Shown here: one piece after another, positions 9,101-15,802 of the stretch | Layout: every line of letters begins with the position of its first letter | How positions within the stretch are numbered: the first letter of the stretch is position 1 | Origin: Gemmatimonadota bacterium | GTDB lineage: Bacteria > Gemmatimonadota > Gemmatimonadetes > Palauibacterales > Palauibacteraceae | Reading direction: 5' to 3' | Assembly (NCBI GenBank): GCA_046758745.1 | Contig: JBHIAV010000038.1 | Coordinates: 1 to 27,573 of the forward strand | Length of the DNA: 27,573 nucleotides | Made by a program: the position numbers and the translations under genes | Notes under the pieces: generated by a model | The model's input: the letters and a program-made list of their open reading frames with translations, nothing else | Told to the model about the DNA's origin: nothing | The model's database searches: none

Positions 9101-12100
9101 AAGAAGACGCCCGGCTCCCCGTTCCGCCACGCTCCATAGACGATCTTGTCGAACACCTCGCGCGCGTCGAGCTGGCCGGCAACCTGGCCGGTGCGCGGGT
9201 TGACCAGGTCGTACTTCTCTCCCTTCTCCACCGCTTCCATGAAGGCGTCGGTGACGGCGACGGAGATGTTGAAGTTCGTGATCTTCGTCTTGTCGGCCTT
9301 GCAGTCGATAAACTGGAGGATGTCGGGGTGATCGACCCTCAGGATCCCCATGTTGGCGCCCCGTCGGGTATTGTGGCTGACAAACCCGTTGGCGACGTAC
9401 GTATTGTTGGCCGGCACGGACAGATCGAGCGTGAGCGACCGGTCCTCTTCGATCGTCGCGACCTGATCGTAGAACTGGTCGTTGGCCAGGAACCACAGCA
9501 GAGGACTGGTCCCATTTGCCTCGGGCCCTTCGGCCAGCGTGGCCAAGCGGGATCGCGTCAGGTCTCGAGGCGCCTGGACGCCGGGCGGGTAGTGCTGGAT
9601 ATCCCGAGTCGGCACGCGATCGGCGCCCACGGGGCCGCTCCCGGGACCGGAGCCGCTCGCGGGATCCGCGTACGTCCCCGGCAACACCGTCTCCTGGTTC
9701 GGGATCACATCGCTGAACGCCCACGCCATCTGATGGTCGTCGGAGAGGAGCGCGTTCCGGTGCTCATCGAGGAACCCGATCGTATCCGCGAACACCTCGA
9801 GCCCGGCCCGCGTTACCACGCGCAACCGATGTAGCGGTCGGTCTCCGATGGCCCTTCTGCGATCGACGGTCACGGAGACTCGGCTCGGAACGCCGACCGC
9901 CAAGAGCAGCTGTTGCACATCCCCGATCAGGTCGGGGGACAGCGACGAGAGCGAGGGATGTCCGTCCTGCGAGACCACACCGGCGGCCGTGAAGAGCCCG
10001 CGGAGGAAGCCCCGCGCCATCTTCATGCCCTTCCGAAACACGATCGGCGGCACGCGCACTGCGTGGGAGGCCGACTTCTGCACGCCGATCTGGTGTAGCC
10101 AGTCGACGAGAACGGTCGCGTTCAGATAGTAGTTCGTGCTCCCATCATTCTTCTCTTGCTGCGAGACGGGCGTGAGGCCGAACAGCTCCTCACTGGCTCG
10201 CTTCACCCACTCGGCCACTTCGGGCTGATCGCTTGCGATCCTCAGGATCAGCCGTCCCGTCGTCCCTGCGCGCTCGTACCGGCTGAAGCTCCCGTCCCCC
10301 ACGAGATACCCGAGGAATTGACCCAGCTGCTCCGACGACTCCGCAGGCAAGCGGACGTCCTGGGCACTTGGATGCGGTTCGCCCGCCAGCACAGGAAGGC
10401 TGTAGTCATCGGGCTCCAGGAGATGTCCCTTCTGGAGAACGACCCAGTCACCCGGCTCGAGCTCTTCGAGCCGGCGCCAGACGTATCGACCGTCCGCATC
10501 GATCACCCGGATGCGATGCTCCAAGGTCGCGGCGAGGCTGTACCCGCTCCGGGTACGGATGCGGCGGATGGTGGCGATCCCGTGCGTGTAGAACTCGTCG
10601 GACAGCCGGGGGCCCTCATCCGTGGCGACCATCACCGGCGCCGGGTGCGGATTCCACGAGTTCGCCGGGGCTTCCGCCGGCCCCAGTTCACGGATGGGAA
10701 CGATCCCCCGATCGGTACTCACCAACGTTTCGGGAACGACGCAGCCCCCCTGCTTCACCGCCTCGGTGGAGGCGTCGTACACCTCCATGAAGCTCACCGG
10801 GCCGCTCGCCACGCCCATGGTGGACTTGACCAAGTCGCCTGCGGGGCGGAGGCGGCTGAAGCCGAAGCCGGTGTTGTGAATCACCAGCATCTTCCCGTTC
10901 GGGCCGCCCGCCAGGTAGTTGTTGAAGTCCTCGACGGTGAAGTCGTAGAAGCCCTTCGTCTCCTCGGCGCGGCGCACCGACTCGACGACGGCCCACCCCT
11001 CGGCGAGCCGCTCGAGCCGCTCGAGCCGCTTCGCGTAGGACTCGGGCAGCACCTTCCGGAGTGCGCCGGCGAGTCGGCGCAGCTTGTCCTCGCCGATCCC
11101 ACCGCCCCTCTTCGCCCGATGCAGCCAGAACTCCTCGCCCGCGATCGTGACGGGTGCCTTGTCGATGGCCGTGACGCCGGCGTTCACGCCGGCCGCCCTC
11201 AGCAGCTCCGAGAGCCCCGCGAAGGGAATGGGGATGCGGGTGTGCGTGTTTTGCTCGACCGCCTCGCGGAGCCGCGACAGGCGCTCGGCACGGAACGGGT
11301 CGTGGACCCACCCCCCGATCAGCTCGACCAGCTGGGCGGTGTTCTTCGCGTTCGCCAGCTTCACCCGGAACTCGGTCCGTCTCGCCTTGCCGCGCGGTGT
11401 CTTCTGCCCTAGCGCGGGATGGAACCCGAGGGCGCTCAGAAGCGTGCCGAGCCGACGCGCGAGCTCCGGAGACACCGTCGAGAGCACGACGCGACGCCGC
11501 TCGACGTTCACGTGGCAGTCCGAGTCCACGAGGCCGCCGAGGAACGCCGCCACCACGGAGAGCGGCGACTTCGCCACCCACTCCGGGAGGGTGCGGCGGT
11601 CCGCCCTCGCCCCTGGCCCCACCTCGGCGAGGCGCGCGAAGGCCGGAACGAAGGCCTGGTTCGTCGTGGTCAGGCGCCACTGCCCGCGGCTGTCCTGCCC
11701 GGGCCTCACCCCGACGCCGTACCGTTCGAGCACCCCGGCGGCGAAGCGGATGCTCTCCGGTCGCCCGTCGAAGAAACGAAGCCGCAGCGCCTCGTAGTCG
11801 TGCGCGCGGTTTCGGAAGGCGTCGAGGCTCCCGCCGCCGAGGAAGTAGCCGACGAGCCACGCCAGCTCCTCGTCGATCACGAAGCCCTCCGCCCCGACCG
11901 GCCGCGTGAACGGCCAGGCCTCGCGCACCGACCGGTTCGGAGTGAGCAGCACATCGCCCGGCCGCAGCGCATCCGCCCGGCGCTCCACGACTCCCTCGCC
12001 GGTGAAGACCAGGAAGGGGTGCCAGGCGCTCGTCGTCACCTCGCTCCCGTCGCGGCATCGGATCGTGCACTGCTGGTCGGCCGGCACGTCCCACCTCCAC

Positions 12101-12720
12101 AGGTGCGAGACGGCCTTCGGCCCGAAGCGCCCCGTCTCGGGATCCAGGGCGAGCGTGCGGATGCCGAGCCGCGACACGTCCATGGTCCGGTGGTCCCGCT
12201 CCACCACCTCGGGAACTCCGAGAGCGCGCACGCGCTCGTACAGCTCCGCGATCGACTCCACCCCGCAGAAAGTGGTGTGGACGAGGGCGTCCCCGGCCAC
12301 GCATCCACCTCCTGACTGATGAATCAGCGCCATGTCCTTCAGCGTATCGTAGATTCCGTCCAGGCTGTCCGGGACGGGAAGGACGAAGCAGGCACTCAGC
12401 TGGCCGAGGGGCCGGCCGGCGTTCATCAGAGTCGGGCTGTTCGGCTCGAAGTGGCCGAAGGCCATCATCTCGTAGAAGCGCCGGGCGGTCTTCTCCGCCT
12501 GCTCCTGGTTCGCGCCGTAGCGGACATCTTGCGCCGCGATGACCCGCGCCACGCGCCAGAACATGTCGCGCGGCTCCTCGATCGGCTCGCCGTCATCGCT
12601 CTTCTTCAGGTAGCGCCGCGCCAGGACCGTCTTCGCGTTTTCGGTGAGCCGGGGCTCGGGGAGATCGTCCGGAGTGACCTCGCCCGCGATCGCTTCCGCG
12701 ACGGCATCGGGTGGGATCAT
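6166..12720 (-). CDS. nrdJ: Adenosylcobalamin-dependent (class II) ribonucleotide reductase precursor with three inteins; predicted mature protein ~839 aa
   Basis: FEPNSPTLMNAG, QLSACFV, GGG|TGF, QGG|TRRGANM, ATNP|CGEQPL, CNLGSIN, RRIGLGVMG, VAPTGTIS, KGVTVYRDGSR; C-terminal TSCPD-like domain (SSPDAIA) and Zn ribbon CPDC...CMACGYSEC. ATG 12720 follows AGAGGA; alternative start 12804. Confidence 0.95.
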   Translation of the reverse strand: MIPPDAVAEAIAGEVTPDDLPEPRLTENAKTVLARRYLKKSDDGEPIEEPRDMFWRVARVIAAQDVRYGANQEQAEKTARRFYEMMAFGHFEPNSPTLMNAGRPLGQLSACFVLPVPDSLDGIYDTLKDMALIHQSGGGCVAGDALVHTTFCGVESIAELYERVRALGVPEVVERDHRTMDVSRLGIRTLALDPETGRFGPKAVSHLWRWDVPADQQCTIRCRDGSEVTTSAWHPFLVFTGEGVVERRADALRPGDVLLTPNRSVREAWPFTRPVGAEGFVIDEELAWLVGYFLGGGSLDAFRNRAHDYEALRLRFFDGRPESIRFAAGVLERYGVGVRPGQDSRGQWRLTTTNQAFVPAFARLAEVGPGARADRRTLPEWVAKSPLSVVAAFLGGLVDSDCHVNVERRRVVLSTVSPELARRLGTLLSALGFHPALGQKTPRGKARRTEFRVKLANAKNTAQLVELIGGWVHDPFRAERLSRLREAVEQNTHTRIPIPFAGLSELLRAAGVNAGVTAIDKAPVTIAGEEFWLHRAKRGGGIGEDKLRRLAGALRKVLPESYAKRLERLERLAEGWAVVESVRRAEETKGFYDFTVEDFNNYLAGGPNGKMLVIHNTGFGFSRLRPAGDLVKSTMGVASGPVSFMEVYDASTEAVKQGGCVVPETLVSTDRGIVPIRELGPAEAPANSWNPHPAPVMVATDEGPRLSDEFYTHGIATIRRIRTRSGYSLAATLEHRIRVIDADGRYVWRRLEELEPGDWVVLQKGHLLEPDDYSLPVLAGEPHPSAQDVRLPAESSEQLGQFLGYLVGDGSFSRYERAGTTGRLILRIASDQPEVAEWVKRASEELFGLTPVSQQEKNDGSTNYYLNATVLVDWLHQIGVQKSASHAVRVPPIVFRKGMKMARGFLRGLFTAAGVVSQDGHPSLSSLSPDLIGDVQQLLLAVGVPSRVSVTVDRRRAIGDRPLHRLRVVTRAGLEVFADTIGFLDEHRNALLSDDHQMAWAFSDVIPNQETVLPGTYADPASGSGPGSGPVGADRVPTRDIQHYPPGVQAPRDLTRSRLATLAEGPEANGTSPLLWFLANDQFYDQVATIEEDRSLTLDLSVPANNTYVANGFVSHNTRRGANMGILRVDHPDILQFIDCKADKTKITNFNISVAVTDAFMEAVEKGEKYDLVNPRTGQVAGQLDAREVFDKIVYGAWRNGEPGVFFIDEANRYNPVPELGQYEATNPCVIGATRLATDRGLLTMEELERECMEIRVATDDRVPAIRAMERGGGVAVRAKTGVTMRRAVPVFRTRRDAPVFRLVTEHGYEVTATDNHRFFTPRGLIELKDLRPGDTLLLQSGEGAWSHEYALPPFEPEDNLKASVERGGAQLPTRWSKELGQLLGWVVAEGWVTEELPPGRNVPTYTVGLLFGDAECELEPLFRERITRWTGLRGNRMERKGRVQLLYRSGLYYFLRSLGIHAPGEPTRVPESIWSAPREAVLGFLQSLFTADGTVHVSSHRESCTVRLASSEPELLKEVQQLLANFGLVSRIRLRRSAGSRPMPDERGGMEGHAYEAQYELMLEKVSGDRFAERIGFLSRAKQEKVEEWIGRKRKRSVRERYLTRVRSIEPAGEADVYCTTEPVTHSIVVSSLVTVQCGEQPLLPYDVCNLGSINVGHYAKDGKIDWDGLRRAVHDATHYLDNVIDANKYPLPQITDLSHAIRRIGLGVMGWADMLVSLGEPYGSKRSIELGREVMRFIDEESKVASEELAEERGVFPAWERSIWGPDETCARDEEGKRIRPMRRLRNCNVTTVAPTGTISIIAGCSSGIEPLFAVAFMRNQAGVLMPDVNPEFVRLAKEQGWYSEELMRRIADEGHIHFEEVPEDVQKLFVTAHDVTPEQHIRMQAAFQQYTDSAISKTCNFPESATEDDVREIYELAYELRCKGVTVYRDGSRDAQVLSTGRTARRVEVEANGGALEVVAEGELARELAAALGRITQLEKELEEKKGKISELEGGVVRQPLVRERPAALRGITRKIESPLGTMYVTINEDEKGRPFEIFVALGKAGGAAMADAEAIGRLISLGLRSGISLKEIHRQLRGISSDRAVGLGPNKVLSSPDAIAQVLERYLEEKEGVQTALPINDVGETKKANGGARTSEKPIVKRFEEQEALTFIGTCPDCGASLMFAEGCAKCMACGYSECG
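7807..9036 (-). mobile_element. Intein 3 of NrdJ (410 aa), LAGLIDADG-type, C-terminal Gln
   Basis: Inserted in NP|CGE. Starts CVIGATRL; block B TATDNHRF; LLGWVVAEG and FLQSLFTADG endonuclease motifs; block F DVYCTTEP; ends LVTVQ before Cys+1. Confidence 0.92.
9370..10743 (-). mobile_element. Intein 2 of NrdJ (458 aa), LAGLIDADG-type
   Basis: Inserted in KQGG|TRRGA. Starts CVVPETLV; block B ATLEHRI; FLGYLVGDG and FLRGLFTAAG; ends TLDLSVPANNTYVANGFVSHN before Thr+1. Confidence 0.95.
10873..12303 (-). mobile_element. Intein 1 of NrdJ (477 aa), LAGLIDADG-type
   Basis: Inserted in SGGG|TGF. Starts CVAGDALV; block B variant TSAWHPF; LVGYFLGGG and FLGGLVDSDC; ends FYDFTVEDFNNYLAG...VIHN before Thr+1. 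Confidence 0.95.
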
Positions 12721-12998
12721 CGCGTTTCCTCTTCGCGTGCCTCGGGATGGCTGCGGCTCAAGCGGCCTGTCCTCGTCGGCCCGCGGCGGGCGATCGGCGT
12801 CCATGCCTCTGTTCGCCCGCGACTCCCGTGCCGCGCCGCCTGGGTGAGCGACGCCGCGGACCGAATTCGACTCGACATCTATCCACAGGGCCCACAGAGA
12901 CAGCGACCCCTCAGGCTCCGTCTTCCTACACCGCTATGGGCGCGTGGTACCGCGGAAGGAAGGCTCCGGCGTCGCGTTTTTCCACGCCGCCGGCGGGC

Positions 12999-13007
12999 TT
13001 TTTCACA
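12999..13007 (+). promoter_or_regulatory. DnaA-box-like site in the nrdJ leader
   Basis: TTTTTCACA matches TTWTNCACA exactly; one-mismatch copies at 12978-12986 (TTTTCCACG) and 12879-12887 (CTATCCACA), all in the same orientation. Confidence 0.45.
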
Positions 13008-13025
13008 TCCTTTCCCCGCCGAACC

Positions 13026-13041
13026 CCACAACATCTTGGGG
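13026..13041 (-). promoter_or_regulatory. NrdR box (promoter-downstream copy)
   Basis: CCCCAAGATGTTGTGG on the minus strand fits the 16-bp NrdR consensus acaCwAtATaTwGtgt; upstream of an RNR gene; 32 bp from the second box. Confidence 0.8.
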
Positions 13042-13048
13042 TATCGGT

Positions 13049-13077
13049 AGACTAATACCGCGATATGTAGTGGTCAA
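13049..13077 (-). promoter_or_regulatory. Sigma70-type promoter of nrdJ
   Basis: Minus strand TTGACC (13077-13072), 17-nt spacer, TAGTCT (13054-13049); overlapped by an NrdR box. Confidence 0.7.
13058..13073 (-). promoter_or_regulatory. NrdR box (in the promoter spacer)
   Basis: CCACTACATATCGCGG on the minus strand fits the NrdR consensus; tandem with 13026-13041. Confidence 0.8.
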
Positions 13078-13117
13078 GGCCCGGGAGGCGGAATCTCCGC
13101 TTTTGCGAAAAGCGGTC

Positions 13118-13645
13118 TCAGGCCCTTCGCCACCTCCCGGCCCGGTGGCCTTCCCTCAGCACGCCGTAGTGCTCGGTCGTGAGGCGAATCCGGGCGCGGA
13201 GCTCCTCATCCACCTGGCGCAGCACGCGGCCGGGGACACCGACGACGAGGCTTCCGGGCGGCACGCGCATACCCTCCCTGACCAGGGCGCCGGCGGCTAC
13301 GACCGAGCCCCGGCCTATCACGGCGTTCGAGAGAACGATCGACCCCATGCCGATCAGGCAGTCGTCCTCGATCTGACAGCCGTGAATGATGGCTCGGTGG
13401 CCGATCCCCACCCCGGTGCCGATGATCGCCGGCCGGCCGACGTCCACGTGGACGATGGTGAGGTCCTGGATGTTGGTCTCCGCGCCGACGTGGATCGGCG
13501 CGATGTCGCCCCGTAGCACGGAGCCGTACCACACGCTCACCCGCTCACCGAGCGTGACGTCACCGATGAGGAGCGCCGAGGGAGCGACCCACGCGCTCTG
13601 CGCCACCCGCGGCTCCGCCCGGGTCTCCAGATCCTCGATCTTCAT
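13118..13645 (-). CDS. Gamma carbonic anhydrase family (hexapeptide-repeat) protein
   Basis: IGDVTLG, VWYGSVLRGD, TNIQD...VH, IGHRAIIHGC, LIGMGS, VAAGALV; three His ligands present. Confidence 0.92.
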   Translation of the reverse strand: MKIEDLETRAEPRVAQSAWVAPSALLIGDVTLGERVSVWYGSVLRGDIAPIHVGAETNIQDLTIVHVDVGRPAIIGTGVGIGHRAIIHGCQIEDDCLIGMGSIVLSNAVIGRGSVVAAGALVREGMRVPPGSLVVGVPGRVLRQVDEELRARIRLTTEHYGVLREGHRAGRWRRA

Positions 13646-13779
13646 CGTCGGCCTCTCGCAGGATCTTCCACCTCGACCCGACAGCGCCCGCCGCGGGCGG
13701 CTCGCTGTTGGCCGAGGGCGCGTCGCGCTGTCGCCAGTCCCAGCGCCCGGTCCGCTCCCTCTCCCCGCTACAGCCCCCG

Positions 13780-15714
13780 CTACGGTCCCAGCGCCCGCCG
13801 TTTCAGGAACTCGCGGATTCCCTGCAGCACCCCGCGCGCATACGCTTCCTGGAACTCGCGCGTCCTGAGCGCCGCCTCGTGCCGCGGCATCATCATGAAG
13901 GCGCCCTCGGTCAGCACCGACGGCATCCAGGACATGCGGGCCACGGCAAGGTCCCCCCAGTACACCCCGAGGTCCCGCAGCCCCATGCTGCGCAGCATCC
14001 CATCCTGCACGGCGACCGCGAGCCGGCGCGAGTGCTCATGGTAGTAGTAGGTGCTGGTCCCCTCCCTCCCGAAGGGGCGGACGCCGTCGGGCAATGCGTT
14101 GTTGTGGATCGACACGAAGAGCTCGGCGCCCGCGTCCTCGGCTATGCTCGTTCGGTGGTACAGACCGAGGGGAAGGGTGTCGTCGCGGATGAGGATCGGC
14201 GCCGCGCCCTCGGCGCGGAGCAGCTCGGCTAGGAGCCGTCCGATCGCCAGGTTCGCGTCACCCTCGTAGTAGCCGGTCGGGCCGTACGCCCCCGCGCCGG
14301 GATGGCCGGGATCGATCGCGATGCGCCGGTCACGCAGGGGATCGCGGGGATCGATCGCCGGCGGTCGGTGGATCTCGAAGCGCAGGCTCGCCCGGTCGTC
14401 CCCCTCGCTCTCGTACGCGGCCCGATAGCCCCACACCGGCTGCCGGAGGCGCAACGCGAGGCGGTAGCGAAGCCCTTCGTCCTGCTCCCAGCGGATCGAC
14501 TCGATCAGGCGGTGGCCGGCCCCGTACGCGATCCGCTCGGTATTCCCCGCGGCGCCGTACAGGGTAAGGACGAGGGTGTGGTCGTCCGGCTCTTCGACGT
14601 GGAGCGGCAGGGGGCTGGCCAGCGAGATGCGGAGGACGAGCCGGTTTCCCTCCGCGCCGACGGCGAGGTCCCCGACCCGGCTGCGCGGCCTGGCCGTGCC
14701 GGCCGGGAGGATCGTCGCGTCTTCCGCGCTCACCCACGCGTTGAGCCCCGGCGCGAGGCGAAGCCGGAGACGGCCATCTTCACGCCCGTCCACCTCGGCC
14801 CTCGTCCCCACGGGGAAGCGCCACCGGTATGGCCCGAAGGCGATCGGCCGCCCGACGACGATCCCGTTGGAGCCGTTCACGGGGTCGGGCGCCTCGCGCA
14901 GCTCCGCCACCGGCAGCTCGAGGGGATCGAGCAGGCGGAGGGCGTAGGGAAGCTCCGCGAGCGCCGTATCGACGCCGTCCGTTGCGACCACCACGAGGGG
15001 AAGGGGCGCCGGCCCGGGTCCGACCCCGCACGGCTCGAGCTCCCGGCAGGCCGCATCGACGAGGTCGCGGGCCCGGAGCGTGGCGATGTAACGGCCACTG
15101 CCGCTCGGATCGGAGAGATCCGCGATCGACGCCCGCCCGGCGCCGCCCTCCAGCCACATCCGGAGGCCAGGGGCCGCCCGTACCGCGAGCTCGAGCGGCT
15201 CGTCCGGCAGGATCCACTGCTCGCCCCCGCCCGGCAGGGAGGCCGTATCGATCCACACCGGCTCGGTCGCCTCGAAGGGTCGCTCGGGGACGAGGAAGGG
15301 ATGGCGCAGCGAGTCCACCTCCTCTCCGTTCCGCGCGATCAGCCGGTAGAACGCCGTGTCGCCGCTCTCGGGGCGGGGCACCGGAAGCCAGGCCAGGAAG
15401 GAGCCGTTCGGCTCCACGGACACGAGGTGCCCATCGATGATCAGGGTGGCCTCTCCGGTGCCCACGCTCCCGAAGAGGAAGTTCGAGTCCCTGGCCGCGA
15501 TGCGCTGCAGCGAATCGGGATACTCGACGTGCAGGGATACGGGACCGCTCACGGTGGGAATCGGAGGGAGCGCCCCCTCCGGCGCGACGGCAGGCGAGAG
15601 GGAATCGAGGGGTTCCGTGCCTCCGCTCGCGCATCCGGCGGCGAGGAGCGCGGCCGTGACCGATACGGCGACCGCCGCTGTTCGTCCTCCCTCGGCAACG
15701 TCACCGCATCTCAA
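13780..15714 (-). CDS. N-acetylmuramoyl-L-alanine amidase (Amidase_3), predicted lipoprotein with long N-terminal region
   Basis: C-terminal IAIDPGH, EGDANL, FVSIHNNA, SVLTEGAFM Zn-amidase motifs; lipobox LAAGC. Start uncertain (TTG 15714 after GGAGG). Confidence 0.88.
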   Translation of the reverse strand: MRCGDVAEGGRTAAVAVSVTAALLAAGCASGGTEPLDSLSPAVAPEGALPPIPTVSGPVSLHVEYPDSLQRIAARDSNFLFGSVGTGEATLIIDGHLVSVEPNGSFLAWLPVPRPESGDTAFYRLIARNGEEVDSLRHPFLVPERPFEATEPVWIDTASLPGGGEQWILPDEPLELAVRAAPGLRMWLEGGAGRASIADLSDPSGSGRYIATLRARDLVDAACRELEPCGVGPGPAPLPLVVVATDGVDTALAELPYALRLLDPLELPVAELREAPDPVNGSNGIVVGRPIAFGPYRWRFPVGTRAEVDGREDGRLRLRLAPGLNAWVSAEDATILPAGTARPRSRVGDLAVGAEGNRLVLRISLASPLPLHVEEPDDHTLVLTLYGAAGNTERIAYGAGHRLIESIRWEQDEGLRYRLALRLRQPVWGYRAAYESEGDDRASLRFEIHRPPAIDPRDPLRDRRIAIDPGHPGAGAYGPTGYYEGDANLAIGRLLAELLRAEGAAPILIRDDTLPLGLYHRTSIAEDAGAELFVSIHNNALPDGVRPFGREGTSTYYYHEHSRRLAVAVQDGMLRSMGLRDLGVYWGDLAVARMSWMPSVLTEGAFMMMPRHEAALRTREFQEAYARGVLQGIREFLKRRALGP

Positions 15715-15802
15715 GGCTCCTCCCACGAAACGCGCCGCGAGACGACTCCGGGCCCGATCGAGCACGCCTTCCGGAACGACCTCCTCTGCCGGGCTCGAGC
15801 CA

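Noticed and set aside
7840-12315. Long plus-strand ORFs opposite nrdJ (7840-9834, 10156-11412, 11419-12315)
   Set aside because: Antisense shadows typical of high-GC coding DNA; no recognisable motifs.
12879-13007. Replication origin suggested by DnaA-like boxes
   Set aside because: Only one exact box, no AT-rich unwinding element and no dnaA/dnaN context; a promoter role fits better.
12721-13042. Cobalamin riboswitch upstream of the B12-dependent RNR
   Set aside because: Could not find the ordered hallmark elements (GGGAA...GCCACTG...B12 box) on the minus strand.
13681-13800. Short direct repeats (CAGCGCCCG x3, CCCCGCTAC x2) around the amidase stop
   Set aside because: Short, GC-rich and irregularly spaced; compatible with chance or local slippage.
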